DNA of 64,000 nucleotides from Endomicrobiales bacterium (GCA_963796955.1 CAWCNJ010000004.1:320001-384000); one strand, 5' to 3'; shown: positions 27,838 through 38,904, counted from the first letter of the stretch. Program-made: numbers and translations. The notes: a model not told the origin generated them from the letters alone.

Positions 27838-29736
27838 TCAATTACCGGAAGACTTTGTCTCAGTCTTGGACAAGGTTTCCAACTCTTCCCAGCGTTTAAA
27901 TGTTCTGGCGAGCTCGCTCTCGATCTCGGTAAGGCGAGTTTTTGATGAAGTTACAAAGCCCGGCTTTTGGCATTGCGTGTAGTCCGCAAGTTGGGCGTTG
28001 ATGACGTGCTGCTCGGCTTCAAGAGCCGCGATCGCCGCAGGAATAGCTTCCAACTCGCGTTTTTCCTTCATAGACATCTTTCGGGGGGCTTTAGCCGCAT
28101 ACGCCGGTTCGGCTATTATTTTTTTCGGGACCGGCACCGGTTTTTCGGGCTCAGCGTTCTCCGATATCTTGCTTTCCCAATCATCGTAGCCGCCCATGTA
28201 TTCTTTTATCGCGCCGTCTTTGCCGTACACCAGCGCTGAGGTTACCACGTCGTTAAGAAATTCTCTGTCGTGGCTTACCACGATCAACGTTCCCTCGTAT
28301 TGCAGCAGCACTTCTTCCAGCAGTTCCAGCGTTTCCGTATCAAGGTCGTTGGTGGGTTCGTCAAACACCAGCAGGTTGGACGGCATTGTAAATAATCTGG
28401 CCAACAGTAATCTGTGGCGCTCTCCGCCAGAAAGGAATTTGGCGCGGGTTCTCGCCCGTTCCGAGGTAAATAAGAAATCCTGCAGGTAGCTGATCACGTG
28501 GCGCGGCTTGCCGTTTACAAATACGTTGTCGCCGCCGGGGGCGACGTTTTGCTGCACGGTCAGTTCCGGATCCACGCCTTTTCTCAGCTGATCGAAATAC
28601 AGGGGCTTCACATTTGATCCCAGTTCCACCCCGCCTTTCTGCGGCGTAAGGCTGCCCAGCATAACGTTCAACAGCGTGGTCTTGCCGCAACCGTTGGGCC
28701 CAATAATGCCCACGCGCTCGCCGCGGGAAAGGAAATACGTAAAATCTTTTATTATTTGTTTTTCGCCGTAGGCGAAGGAAACATTTTTAGCGACCAGCAC
28801 CTTGTCGCCGGAGCGCTCGCCTTCGCTGATCGCCATGGTAACATTGCCGACGCGTTCCCGGCGTTTTTTGCGCTCTTCACGCATTTTTTTCAGCGCGGTA
28901 ACACGCCCTTCAGCCCTGGTGCGGCGGGCCTTCACGCCTTTGCGTATCCACACTTCTTCCTCGGCAAGTTTTTTGTCGAAGAGGGCGTTGGCCCGTTCTT
29001 CATTGTCCAGCACCGCCTGCTTGCGCGCCAGGAAGGTGGTGTAATCGCAGCTCCAGTCTATGATGCCGCCACGGTCCACTTCAACTATGCGGGTGGCCAG
29101 CACTTTCAGCAGGCGCCGGTCATGGGTAACGAACATAACGGTAAGGCGGGAGTTCAATAAGAAGTCTTCAAGCCATTTAATGGAAATAAGGTCAAGATGG
29201 TTGGTAGGCTCATCCAGCAGCAGAATATCAGGGTTGTTAACCAGCGCCCGCGCAAGGAAGACCCGTCGCCGCAGCCCGCCGGAGAGGGAGGAGAACTCCA
29301 CCTCAGGATCAATTTGCACCTGATCCAGCACCCGCTGGATATCGGCGTCTATCTGCCAGCCGTCGTGCTCGGTAAGGTCGTGCTGCAGCGTATGTATGAG
29401 GTCGTCATTAGTAGGTTTAGCCAGTTCCCGGTGATAGGCGGCAAGCGTATCGCCTATCTTACCCGCGCCGGAGGCCACAACGTCAAAGGCGGAGCCGGTG
29501 ATGTTTTCCGGCACATCTTGAGCGAGAAATGAAACCTTTAATCCAGGGGTTTTAATGACATCGCCGCAATCCGGTTTCAACTCCCCGTTTATGATGCGCA
29601 TCAGCGTGGATTTGCCTGCGCCGTTGCGCCCAAGTATACAGATGCGCTCCCCTTTGTTAATGTCCAGGGAAACGCCGTCCAGTATTTTCGGCCCGTCGAA
29701 AGCCAGATCAATGCTGTGCAGACTTATTAATGACAT
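27838..29736 (-). CDS. uup: ABC-F ATPase, Uup-like
   Basis: Two ABC domains (GRNGAGKS, LSGG, DEPTN), EEVWIRKGVKARRTR linker, C-terminal RWEELE. Confidence 0.9.
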   Translation of the reverse strand: MSLISLHSIDLAFDGPKILDGVSLDINKGERICILGRNGAGKSTLMRIINGELKPDCGDVIKTPGLKVSFLAQDVPENITGSAFDVVASGAGKIGDTLAAYHRELAKPTNDDLIHTLQHDLTEHDGWQIDADIQRVLDQVQIDPEVEFSSLSGGLRRRVFLARALVNNPDILLLDEPTNHLDLISIKWLEDFLLNSRLTVMFVTHDRRLLKVLATRIVEVDRGGIIDWSCDYTTFLARKQAVLDNEERANALFDKKLAEEEVWIRKGVKARRTRAEGRVTALKKMREERKKRRERVGNVTMAISEGERSGDKVLVAKNVSFAYGEKQIIKDFTYFLSRGERVGIIGPNGCGKTTLLNVMLGSLTPQKGGVELGSNVKPLYFDQLRKGVDPELTVQQNVAPGGDNVFVNGKPRHVISYLQDFLFTSERARTRAKFLSGGERHRLLLARLFTMPSNLLVFDEPTNDLDTETLELLEEVLLQYEGTLIVVSHDREFLNDVVTSALVYGKDGAIKEYMGGYDDWESKISENAEPEKPVPVPKKIIAEPAYAAKAPRKMSMKEKRELEAIPAAIAALEAEQHVINAQLADYTQCQKPGFVTSSKTRLTEIESELARTFKRWEELETLSKTETKSSGN

Positions 29737-29803
29737 GGAATGCATTATACCACAAAAACTGTTATAATACGTAAAATGATTATATAAGGAGCTAAAAATA
29801 CTT

Positions 29804-30145
29804 ATGTACGAACAGAAAAGCCTTCCCCTGCTTGCGAGGCATTTGTTTTATAGAAGGTTGTTTTTTAGCACCTTGCTTGGGCTTTCGCTTGTGGCGGCTT
29901 CTTTGATCGTTGGGATGTTCGGCTACCATCATTTTGAGAATATGTCGTGGATAGATGCGTTCGTTAACGCAGCCATGATACTGTCCGGTATGGGGCCGAT
30001 GGCGCCTATTAACACGTACGGCGGAAAATTGTTCGCCGGGTTTTACGCGATATACAGCGGGATAGCGCTGATCAGCGTTGCGGGCATCATCTTCGCGCCG
30101 GTATTCCACAGATTTTTGCACAGATTCCACATGGAGAGTAAATAA
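29804..30145 (+). CDS. Small 2-TM protein resembling an ion-channel pore module
   Basis: TM - WIDAFVNAAMILSGMGP - GKLFAGFY TM. Confidence 0.65.
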   Translation: MYEQKSLPLLARHLFYRRLFFSTLLGLSLVAASLIVGMFGYHHFENMSWIDAFVNAAMILSGMGPMAPINTYGGKLFAGFYAIYSGIALISVAGIIFAPVFHRFLHRFHMESK

Positions 30146-30147
30146 CT

Positions 30148-33100
30148 ATGACCTTGTCAGACCTTTCTATCAAACGGCCGGTTTTCGCCTGGATGCTTAT
30201 GGCGGGGCTTATTGTCTTCGGCGGCATTTCCTTTATGCGCATGGGCATCAGCCAGCTGCCGGACGTTGATTTTCCGGTGGTTTCCGTGAACATCCGCCTT
30301 GAAGGCGCGGCGCCCGAAGTTATAGAAACCTCTGTCGTGGATATTGTCGAAGATGCCTGCATGAGCATACAGAGCGTGCGCAGCGTTACTTCCGAGTCGG
30401 AAGACAGCGAAGGGACCGTTACGATAGAATTCGAGCTTAACCGTAATATTGACCTTGCCGTGCAGGATGTGCAGGCAAAAGTGGCTTCGGTGATGCAGAA
30501 GCTGCCGAAGGATGTTACGCAGGCTACCATCCGCAAAACAAACCCCGAAGACCAGCCGATAATGATGTTGACGCTGGAGAGCGACCGTTACCCGGCCAGA
30601 TATTTAATGACGTATGTAAACGACAGGGTAAAAGACCAGTTCTCTACCGTGGCCGGCGTAGGCGATATTACGCTTGGCGGCTATACCGATCCCAATTTGC
30701 GTATCTGGGTCTCCGACAGGCTGCTTAACAGGTACAATTTTTCCGTAAGCGATGTGGTAGACGCGGTTCAAAACGAGCATAGGGAAGCCCCCGCGGGCCA
30801 GCTTGAGACGGGCAACCGCGTGCTGAACGTCCGGACCATGGGCGAGGCGGCAAGTATCGAGGAGTTCAATGATATTTTCATAAATAAGAGGGCCGGCCAG
30901 CAAAACTACGTCCGCACACGCCTGAAAGACGTCGCCCGCATTGAAGAAGGGCTCGCCGACCGTACCAGGATAAGCCGTGCCATGGGCGTGCCGTGCGTCG
31001 GCTTGGGAATACTAAAACAACGCGGCTCCAATGCCGTTGCGGTCGCAAAAGCTGTAAGGGCCCGTGTTGCCGAGATCCAAAAAGGCCTCCCCGAGGGCAT
31101 GCAGCTGAAAATTAATTACGACGGCACCAAATTTATTGAAAAGGCCGTGAAGGAACTTAATTTCACTCTTTTGCTTTCCGCGCTGTTAACCGCATTTGTT
31201 TGCTGGATGTTCCTTGGTTCATGGTCGTCAACATTGAATGTTATATTGGCGATCCCCACATCGGTCGTCGGTACGTTCATAGTTCTTTACTTCGCGGGTT
31301 TCACGCTTAACACATTTACTTTGCTCGCGCTCAGCCTTTCCATCGGTATAGTTGTGGACGATGCTATCATGGTGCTTGAAAACATCGTGCGCCATCAGGA
31401 AAAGGGTGAGGACCGGTGCACGGCCGCTATAAATGGGGCCAGAGAAATTACGTTCGCGGCTGTAGCGGCCACTGTCTCGATCGTGGCTATCTTTCTGCCG
31501 GTCGCATTTATGAGCGGCGTTATCGGCAAATTCTTCTTCCAATTCGGCGTAACCATTACGGTCGCGGTGCTTCTCTCCTTGTTGGAAGCGCTTACGCTTA
31601 CCCCGATGCGATGCTCTCAATTTGTCGATGTAGGTAAACGCACCACGCGCATCGGCAAAGGTATAGAAGCGCTTATGGAAGGCTCTACGCGGCTTTACGG
31701 CAGAACACTGGGTAAGGCATTAGACCATAAATGGAAGGTCATGTTCGGTGCGCTGATAGTCTTTGCGGCCGGGTTCTCTACCTTCTGGGTTTTGAATAAA
31801 GAATTCATTCCGTCCGAAGATCAGAGCCGTTTCAATATGCGTCTTAAAACGCCTGTCGGCTCGGCGCTTTCGTATTCAGATAAGCGTTTTGGCGAGGTGG
31901 AAAAATTCCTTTCAAGCAGGCCGGAGATAGAGCGCTACGTGCTGCAGGTTGGCGGCGGCTCGCCGGGAGACTCTAACAGCGGCAGCGTGCTGGTGACTAT
32001 GAAAGACAAAGGCCATCGCGGCATTGATCCCGAAGCAAAACACGAACTGAGCCAGCAGGAATTCATGATGCTATGCCGCAAACACTTCAAGAAATCCGAA
32101 GGCTTGCGCGTGGTGATACAAGACCTCTCATCGAAAACATTCTCGGCTTCCCGGGGATTTCCTGTGGAGTTCGTTATCCAGGGGCCCGATTGGGGCGACC
32201 TGGCGAAATATTCCCAGCTGATAATGGACGGGCTGGAAAAGACCGGCCTGGTGACCGACCTGGATACCAATTATGCCGTCGGCCAGCCTGAACTGCACGT
32301 GCTGCCGGACCGCAAGAAGGCCGCGGAACGCGCTGTCAGCGTTGCAAGCATCGTGCAGACGGTGAACGCTATGATCGGCGGGGTAGTTGTCGGCACATAC
32401 GAAAAAGGCGGCCACCGCTACGATATTCGCCTGAAGCTGGAAGAGGGGAAAGAAGACCCGAGAGAAAAAGTTAAAAGCCTGTATGTGCGCAACAACGCCG
32501 GCGAACTGATACGTCTTTCCGACTTGGTAACCATGGAAGAAAAATCGTCGATGGTGGCTATCTGGCGTAGCAACCGCGAACGTTCCATTTCCGTATATGC
32601 GAACGTAAAAGCCGGGGCCTCTCAGCAGGATGCGCTTGACGCGGTTTCCCGCGTGGCGAAAAGCATATTACCGCCGGACTACCACATAACCCTGAGCGGC
32701 AGTTCCCAAACATTCATTGAATCGCTGCAAAGCCTGTTCTGGGTGCTTATCCTGGGTATATTTGTTGCCTACATGGTGCTGGCGTCGCAGTTCAACAGTT
32801 TCAGCGACCCGCTCGCCGTATTGATGGCGCTGCCGTTCAGCGTTTCAGGCGCATTTGTCGCCCTGTTCCTGTTCCACCGGTCAATAAATATTTACAGCAT
32901 CATAGGTCTGATCTTATTAATGGGTATCGTTAAGAAAAACTCTATTTTGCTGGTAGATTTTACGAACCAATATATGGCCGAAGGCAGCTTGTCCGCCCGT
33001 GAAGCTCTTTTAAAAGCCTGCCCGGTGCGCTTTCGCCCGATCATAATGACCTCGGTAGCGACCATTGCCGGCGCCATTCCTGCCGCTCTCGCAATTGGCC

Positions 33101-33225
33101 CCGGAGCCGAAAGCCGTATCCCCATGGCTATCGCCGTGATCGGCGGTGTTTTTGTCTCAACATTGTTAACGCTCTATGTTGTGCCGTGCGCTTATATAAT
33201 GTTATCGCGTTTTAAAGGAAAATAA
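30148..33225 (+). CDS. RND efflux permease (AcrB/AcrD/AcrF family)
   Basis: IKRPV, GIVVDDAIMVLENI, GIVKKNSILLVDF, RFRPIIMT. Confidence 0.95.
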   Translation: MTLSDLSIKRPVFAWMLMAGLIVFGGISFMRMGISQLPDVDFPVVSVNIRLEGAAPEVIETSVVDIVEDACMSIQSVRSVTSESEDSEGTVTIEFELNRNIDLAVQDVQAKVASVMQKLPKDVTQATIRKTNPEDQPIMMLTLESDRYPARYLMTYVNDRVKDQFSTVAGVGDITLGGYTDPNLRIWVSDRLLNRYNFSVSDVVDAVQNEHREAPAGQLETGNRVLNVRTMGEAASIEEFNDIFINKRAGQQNYVRTRLKDVARIEEGLADRTRISRAMGVPCVGLGILKQRGSNAVAVAKAVRARVAEIQKGLPEGMQLKINYDGTKFIEKAVKELNFTLLLSALLTAFVCWMFLGSWSSTLNVILAIPTSVVGTFIVLYFAGFTLNTFTLLALSLSIGIVVDDAIMVLENIVRHQEKGEDRCTAAINGAREITFAAVAATVSIVAIFLPVAFMSGVIGKFFFQFGVTITVAVLLSLLEALTLTPMRCSQFVDVGKRTTRIGKGIEALMEGSTRLYGRTLGKALDHKWKVMFGALIVFAAGFSTFWVLNKEFIPSEDQSRFNMRLKTPVGSALSYSDKRFGEVEKFLSSRPEIERYVLQVGGGSPGDSNSGSVLVTMKDKGHRGIDPEAKHELSQQEFMMLCRKHFKKSEGLRVVIQDLSSKTFSASRGFPVEFVIQGPDWGDLAKYSQLIMDGLEKTGLVTDLDTNYAVGQPELHVLPDRKKAAERAVSVASIVQTVNAMIGGVVVGTYEKGGHRYDIRLKLEEGKEDPREKVKSLYVRNNAGELIRLSDLVTMEEKSSMVAIWRSNRERSISVYANVKAGASQQDALDAVSRVAKSILPPDYHITLSGSSQTFIESLQSLFWVLILGIFVAYMVLASQFNSFSDPLAVLMALPFSVSGAFVALFLFHRSINIYSIIGLILLMGIVKKNSILLVDFTNQYMAEGSLSAREALLKACPVRFRPIIMTSVATIAGAIPAALAIGPGAESRIPMAIAVIGGVFVSTLLTLYVVPCAYIMLSRFKGK

Positions 33226-34617
33226 ATGAAGAATTTCACCAGTGGCAGTATCCCCCGGGCAATGCTTGCCTTTCTTGTGCCCTTAATGGTAACCAATATT
33301 TTGCAGGCTTTGTATATGGTCATAGACGCGATGTGGGCGGGGCGCCTGCTTGGCCCCACAGGTGTTGCAATTGTGGCCACCGGGATGCCTGTGGTGTTTT
33401 TGCTTTCGTCGTTGTTCATTGGCTTCGTTGTCGGTGCTTCAATACTTGCGGGTCAGGCTTTTGGTGCTCACGATAAGGAAAAGCTGTCCGACATAGTATC
33501 CAGCTCTGCCCTGGCTACGTTAGGTCTGTCGTTAGTTATTTCGCTGGCCAGCGTTTCATTCATAGGTAAGATATTACTGCTTATCAACACACCGGCCCCG
33601 CTTTTTAACGGAAGCCGCATATTCCTGTCGCTGATAATCCTTGCGATGCCAATAACCTCCATGGTGGGCTGGTTCAACGCCATAATGAACGCGACCGGCG
33701 ATTCAAAAACTCCGCTGCGCATAATATTGACATCTTTGGTGGTTAATGCGGTGCTTGCCCCCGTCCTTATAACAGGCGCCGGAATTTTCCCGCCGCTGGG
33801 GGTGGCGGGCTCCGCCGTTTCAACGATCATTGCCAATATTATCGCGCTGGCTGTGTGCATTATCTCGTGGCGTTCTCATCACCTCTCAGAGATCGCGCCT
33901 TTTCGTCTGCGCATACATACGCCTACCATCAAGCGCATCATCGCCCTCGGCCTGCCGCTTGGCATGCAGATGATCGTGGTCTCATCAAGCTTCATATTTA
34001 TTCTGTCGCTGGCCAATAAATTTGGCCCTACCATAACGGCAGTTTTCGGCATAGGAAGCCGCGTAGACCAGTTCGCCTTTCTTGCCATGTTCGCCGTGAC
34101 CGCCGCGATCTCCGCCATGACAGCCCAGAATTTCGGCGCGGGCAAGCTGGATCGCATAATATCCGTCTCAAAATGGGGGGTCTTAATTTCAGCCTGTCTT
34201 TCCCTGATATTCTTTACCGCCGTAACCCTCTTTCCGGACCGCATAACCGGCCTGTTCACCAAAGACCTTGAAGTGATCAGATTGACCAGAAATTATTTCC
34301 ATTACGTAAGCTTCAGCTATCTGGCCCTTGCGGTTCTCTTTACGTATCAGGGCGTCCTGCGCGGCGTTGGCGACACCATAACTTCATTTATCATCGTCTC
34401 CTGCAGCATGGTTGTATTGCGTGTCCCAACCTGTTACTGTCTTTCTCACTATACCCCCATGCACGAGTCCGGCCTGTGGCTTGGCATAACCATAAGCTCC
34501 ACCGTCGGCGCCATGACATTTTACCTCTACTATGCCGCCGGCCGCTGGAAACGCCACCCCAACCTGAACCGCGTCCCGGTAGACACTATTCCAGTGGTTC
34601 CAGAAGAGACGATGTAA
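33226..34617 (+). CDS. MATE family efflux transporter
   Basis: About 12 TM segments; two repeats with GQAFGA/AQNFGAG and GDSKTP/GDT motifs. Confidence 0.92.
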   Translation: MKNFTSGSIPRAMLAFLVPLMVTNILQALYMVIDAMWAGRLLGPTGVAIVATGMPVVFLLSSLFIGFVVGASILAGQAFGAHDKEKLSDIVSSSALATLGLSLVISLASVSFIGKILLLINTPAPLFNGSRIFLSLIILAMPITSMVGWFNAIMNATGDSKTPLRIILTSLVVNAVLAPVLITGAGIFPPLGVAGSAVSTIIANIIALAVCIISWRSHHLSEIAPFRLRIHTPTIKRIIALGLPLGMQMIVVSSSFIFILSLANKFGPTITAVFGIGSRVDQFAFLAMFAVTAAISAMTAQNFGAGKLDRIISVSKWGVLISACLSLIFFTAVTLFPDRITGLFTKDLEVIRLTRNYFHYVSFSYLALAVLFTYQGVLRGVGDTITSFIIVSCSMVVLRVPTCYCLSHYTPMHESGLWLGITISSTVGAMTFYLYYAAGRWKRHPNLNRVPVDTIPVVPEETM

Positions 34618-36423
34618 ATGAAAAACCGCATACTGCAAACACTTACCCAGTATTGGGGTTATAACAGCTTCAGGCCTTTTCAGGAAAAAGCCATTCTCTC
34701 TATTATGGATGAGCATGATACGCTTACGGTGTTGCCGACGGGTGGGGGCAAATCTGTCTGTTTTCAGCTGCCGGCGCTTATTTCTGACGGGATGGCGGTT
34801 ATTATTTCGCCGCTTATTTCTTTGATGAAAGACCAGGTAGATTATTTAAAGGATATGGGTATCGCCGCTGAATGCCTGAACTCCAGCCTAACCTCGAAAA
34901 AACAGCAGGAAGTGGTTGATAAGATACAGGCCGGGGAACTGAAACTGCTCTATATATCTCCGGAACGGTTGTTGATAGAGCATACGGCCGACTTGCTGAA
35001 AAGCGTAAAGCTTTCCTTCTTCGTTATCGACGAAGCGCATTGTATAAGTCACTGGGGCCACAATTTCCGTGCGGAATACCGGATGCTCGGCATGATAAAA
35101 TCGCAATTCAAAAACATAAGTGTGCATGCATTCACCGCTACTGCTACGGAACAGGTGCAGGAAGATATTATAGCTCAGCTGAGGCTTGAAGAGCCGCACA
35201 TTTATGTGGGCAATATAGACCGGCCGAACTTGAATTTCCGTCTTATACAGCGCACGGGCTCGGCGTTGAGCCAGGTAGTGGATACTATCAAAAAACACCC
35301 CGATGAACCTGGAATAATCTATTGCCTGCGCAGAAGCGATGTTGATGAAATATCTAAAAAGCTTAACGGCATGGGTTATAAGAATTTGCCCTATCACGCC
35401 GGCCTTGGCGATAAAGAACGCAAGAACAATCAGGAAGAATTTTCTCAGGAAAAAGTAAATATTATCGTGGCAACGATCGCCTTCGGTATGGGTGTGGATA
35501 GGTCCAATATCCGCTACGTGATACACGCGGCGATGCCGAAATCCATTGAGCATTACCAGCAGGAGACCGGCCGCGCGGGGCGCGACGGATTGCCTGCCGA
35601 TTGTTACCTGTTCTACTCCGGCGCCGATTACCGCATCTGGGAATTCATGCTGAAAGATTCATCCGACCGGCTGGTGATGTTGCAAAAATTACGTGCGATG
35701 TACAACTTTTGCACACGCCCCGTGTGCCGTCATAAATTCCTGGTGGAATATTTCGCCCAGGAATACGGCGACAAAAATTGCGGTGCCTGCGATTACTGCC
35801 TCGGAGAGATGGAGATGGTGGAAGACCCTTTGATAGTAGGGCAGAAAATAATTTCCTGCGTCGCGCGGGTTCAGGAAGGCTTTGGCGCCGACTATATTTC
35901 AGATATATTGAATGGCAAAGACACTCCGTCCGTTCGCCAGCGGGGGCATGAAAAGCTTTCCACATTCGGGCTTATGAGCGCTGAAACCAAGGTGTATATC
36001 CGGTTCATGATCGAGCAGCTGATTGGACAAGGTTTTCTTAAGCGTGTGGGCGAGTACCTGACTATCGCTATAACCGAATCCGGCCGCAGCCTGCTTAAAG
36101 GCGAAGTTACGCCGGTGTTGGCCAAGCCCATCGTTGCCGCCAAGAAGAAAGATATAGAGCGCAAGAGAAGATCTAAGCATTTCCAGGAGTGGGACGGTAT
36201 CGACCAGAAGTTGTTCGATCTTCTGCGTGCCAAGCGTACTGAGCTCGCCGGCGCCAAGAGCGTGCCTGCCTACATTATTTTCAGCGACAAGACGCTGCGC
36301 GATATGACGGTGGTAAAACCGGTATCGGTAGACCAGTTCGCCAATGTTTTTGGCGTCGGCGCGGCCAAGCAAAAGGAATACGGCCAGGTCTTTACCGAGC
36401 TGATAAGGGATTACATTGGATAA
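34618..36423 (+). CDS. recQ: ATP-dependent DNA helicase RecQ
   Basis: PTGGGKS, DEAHCISHWGH, QETGRAGRDG, Zn/RQC and HRDC domains. Confidence 0.96.
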   Translation: MKNRILQTLTQYWGYNSFRPFQEKAILSIMDEHDTLTVLPTGGGKSVCFQLPALISDGMAVIISPLISLMKDQVDYLKDMGIAAECLNSSLTSKKQQEVVDKIQAGELKLLYISPERLLIEHTADLLKSVKLSFFVIDEAHCISHWGHNFRAEYRMLGMIKSQFKNISVHAFTATATEQVQEDIIAQLRLEEPHIYVGNIDRPNLNFRLIQRTGSALSQVVDTIKKHPDEPGIIYCLRRSDVDEISKKLNGMGYKNLPYHAGLGDKERKNNQEEFSQEKVNIIVATIAFGMGVDRSNIRYVIHAAMPKSIEHYQQETGRAGRDGLPADCYLFYSGADYRIWEFMLKDSSDRLVMLQKLRAMYNFCTRPVCRHKFLVEYFAQEYGDKNCGACDYCLGEMEMVEDPLIVGQKIISCVARVQEGFGADYISDILNGKDTPSVRQRGHEKLSTFGLMSAETKVYIRFMIEQLIGQGFLKRVGEYLTIAITESGRSLLKGEVTPVLAKPIVAAKKKDIERKRRSKHFQEWDGIDQKLFDLLRAKRTELAGAKSVPAYIIFSDKTLRDMTVVKPVSVDQFANVFGVGAAKQKEYGQVFTELIRDYIG

Positions 36424-36670
36424 TATTACCGACAGGGATATGGGCGTGCAGCCCCTTGATGCCCTGATGAACGCCCATGAAATGACGAATGCCATGCTCG
36501 CCGGGCACTCGAAAGAACAGCTTACCATCAAGGAAGTTAACAAGGCGCGTAAAGGCCGGCTGCTTACCTGTAACATACAATCGAAAATAGTAAGGGCGAT
36601 GAATGCGGCGCTGCCCGAAAGTGTTTTTATGATCAAAGACCTTTTTACATACGAAGGGCGTAAAAAATAA
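36416..36670 (+). CDS. Small hypothetical protein, possibly HTH-like
   Basis: 84-aa ORF filling the recQ-PBP gap; QLT.KEV.KARKGR.LT. Confidence 0.6.
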   Translation: MDNITDRDMGVQPLDALMNAHEMTNAMLAGHSKEQLTIKEVNKARKGRLLTCNIQSKIVRAMNAALPESVFMIKDLFTYEGRKK

Positions 36671-36700
36671 CGGAGAACTGAACTGATAAAGAAGATCAGG

Positions 36701-38818
36701 TTGATATTATGGCTGGCGGCGTTACTGTTGTGCGTTTCCATCGGGCTTATTTTCTGGTTCAATACCATATTTGACCGGCTGGACATCGTTACTGCCCGGC
36801 GGGTGATGAACAACCCGGTACGGTATTATTCCGATATAACTTTCATTAAACCGGGACAGATGCTCTCCGCGGCGGGCCTTGAGACCAGGCTGCTTGAGCG
36901 CGGTTATAAGAACCAGAAAGAAGGCGCATTAGTAGAAGGCCGTTACCAATTTACAGAGGCAGCCGCCGCTGCTCATCCGGGTCAAGGTATTGAAGTATTC
37001 TTCAAACCTTTCCTTACACCCGCCGGGATCGCTACCTCCGGAATGTATCGCTTTGTTTTCAGCGGCGATGCACTTGCGTCCATAGTGCGGGTACCCTCCA
37101 ATACTGCTGCGAATGAAGTTTTACTGGAACCCATGGAGCTGGGCGATACACGCCGCGGCGAGGCCGGTATCCGCCCCTGGGTATGGATCGAAAAAGTTCC
37201 GGCCTGCCTGAAGGACGCTATCCTTGATTCCGAAGATAAACGTTTTTATCACCATCGCGGCATAGATCTGACCGGCATTGCCCGGGCGGTATTCGTAAAT
37301 GTCACGAAGGGGGACGTCCGCCAGGGCGGCAGCACCATCACCCAGCAGTTGGTACGGAACGCCTTTCTTACCCAGAAACGAACTTTCAGAAGAAAGTTCA
37401 CCGAGGCCGTCATGGCCGTTATACTGGAATTGCGCTACAGCAAAGACAGGATATTTGAGCTGTATCTTAACCAGATATATCTGGGCAAAAGCGGGCTGCA
37501 CCCGGTCTATGGTGTGGAGGACGCGGCCCTCTCCTATTTTGGCAGGCATGTTTCAGCCCTTTCTCCCTCGGAATGCGCGGTTATCGCCGGTTTGATACCG
37601 TCCCCGAACAGGAACAACCCCCGGACCAATCCCCAGGGCGCTCTCATACGGCGCAACATCACCATTAACGCTATGGTGAAGAACAAGCGGTTGGATGCAG
37701 CGCAGGCACGGGTTATCTTGTTGGAACCGCCTGTATACGCGCCGGTAACGAACCTGGGGATCGGCAGTTATTATATCGATTACGTCCGCCAGCTGCTGGA
37801 GGCTGAATGCGGCGCCCGGGCGATGGAAGTGAGCGGCTATAACGTTTACACCGCCCTGGACCCCGAAGTTGAAAAAGCTGCTGAAAAGGCTCTCTCTAAC
37901 CAGGGCTATGAGGGCGCCATAGTGGCCATGGATGCCTACACCGGTTACGTTCGCGCTTTGGCAGGGGGAAAAGATTTCGGTAAGTCGCCGTTCAACAGAG
38001 CGGTCCTTGCTAAAAGAAGTCCCGGCTCCGTATTTAAACCTCTGATATTTGCCGCCGGCCTTGAACAAAAGATCTTTAAGCCCGGCACTATGGTGAAAGA
38101 TGAACCCTTTACCGTTACTATAGACGGCAAGAAATGGCAACCGCGCAATTACGACGGCAGGTATATGGGCGCGATAACCTACCGTGATGCGCTGGTCTTT
38201 TCCAGAAATATTCCCGCAGTACGGCTGCTGCAAAAGATCGGTCCCGCGTATATCACCGAGTTTGCCCGTAAAATGGGCTTAAGCAGCGAGATGAAGATAG
38301 TGCCTTCGCTGGCCCTTGGCACCTCCGAGGTAACGCCGCTTGAGATGACGGCTTCGTTCGCGCCCTTCGCCAACGGCGGCAATGCCGTTAAGCCGGTCTT
38401 TATCCGCTGGGTTACGGATGCCTCCAACCGGGTTATACAAGAGAATAAGCCGGAGCTGACACCCGCGATCTCGCCTAAAACCGCTTCTCAGATCACGCTG
38501 ATGCTGGAAGACGCGGTCAACCGCGGCACCGGCAAAAACGTACGGAAGCTTGGTTACAGGGGGCCGGCCGCGGGGAAAACAGGGACCTCTGACGATTTCA
38601 ATGATGCCTGGTTCATCGGCTATACGCCGGACATCCTGTGCGGCGTGTGGCTTGGCAACGATATGCCCTCATCTCTCGGCGGTGTTGCGGCCGAGGTCGC
38701 CGTGCCGGTCTGGACCGAGTTCATCAGCTCTCTGCCTGCGCCCACCAAGGACGCCACATTCGGTAAAAAATACCCGCCAGGTATAAAAGGCTTTTTGCTG
38801 AAACTTTTCGGACAGTAA
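36701..38818 (+). CDS. Class A penicillin-binding protein (PBP1B-like, with UB2H-like region)
   Basis: EDKRFYHH, GGSTITQQL, SVFK (SxxK), SRN, KTGT. Confidence 0.93.
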   Translation: MILWLAALLLCVSIGLIFWFNTIFDRLDIVTARRVMNNPVRYYSDITFIKPGQMLSAAGLETRLLERGYKNQKEGALVEGRYQFTEAAAAAHPGQGIEVFFKPFLTPAGIATSGMYRFVFSGDALASIVRVPSNTAANEVLLEPMELGDTRRGEAGIRPWVWIEKVPACLKDAILDSEDKRFYHHRGIDLTGIARAVFVNVTKGDVRQGGSTITQQLVRNAFLTQKRTFRRKFTEAVMAVILELRYSKDRIFELYLNQIYLGKSGLHPVYGVEDAALSYFGRHVSALSPSECAVIAGLIPSPNRNNPRTNPQGALIRRNITINAMVKNKRLDAAQARVILLEPPVYAPVTNLGIGSYYIDYVRQLLEAECGARAMEVSGYNVYTALDPEVEKAAEKALSNQGYEGAIVAMDAYTGYVRALAGGKDFGKSPFNRAVLAKRSPGSVFKPLIFAAGLEQKIFKPGTMVKDEPFTVTIDGKKWQPRNYDGRYMGAITYRDALVFSRNIPAVRLLQKIGPAYITEFARKMGLSSEMKIVPSLALGTSEVTPLEMTASFAPFANGGNAVKPVFIRWVTDASNRVIQENKPELTPAISPKTASQITLMLEDAVNRGTGKNVRKLGYRGPAAGKTGTSDDFNDAWFIGYTPDILCGVWLGNDMPSSLGGVAAEVAVPVWTEFISSLPAPTKDATFGKKYPPGIKGFLLKLFGQ

Positions 38819-38904
38819 CTTCACACCGATTAACCTTGCGTAAAATACCCTCAACAGTTATAATTATTCTAAGATTGCTAGTTTTACTATCTTAAAGGTA
38901 ATAA

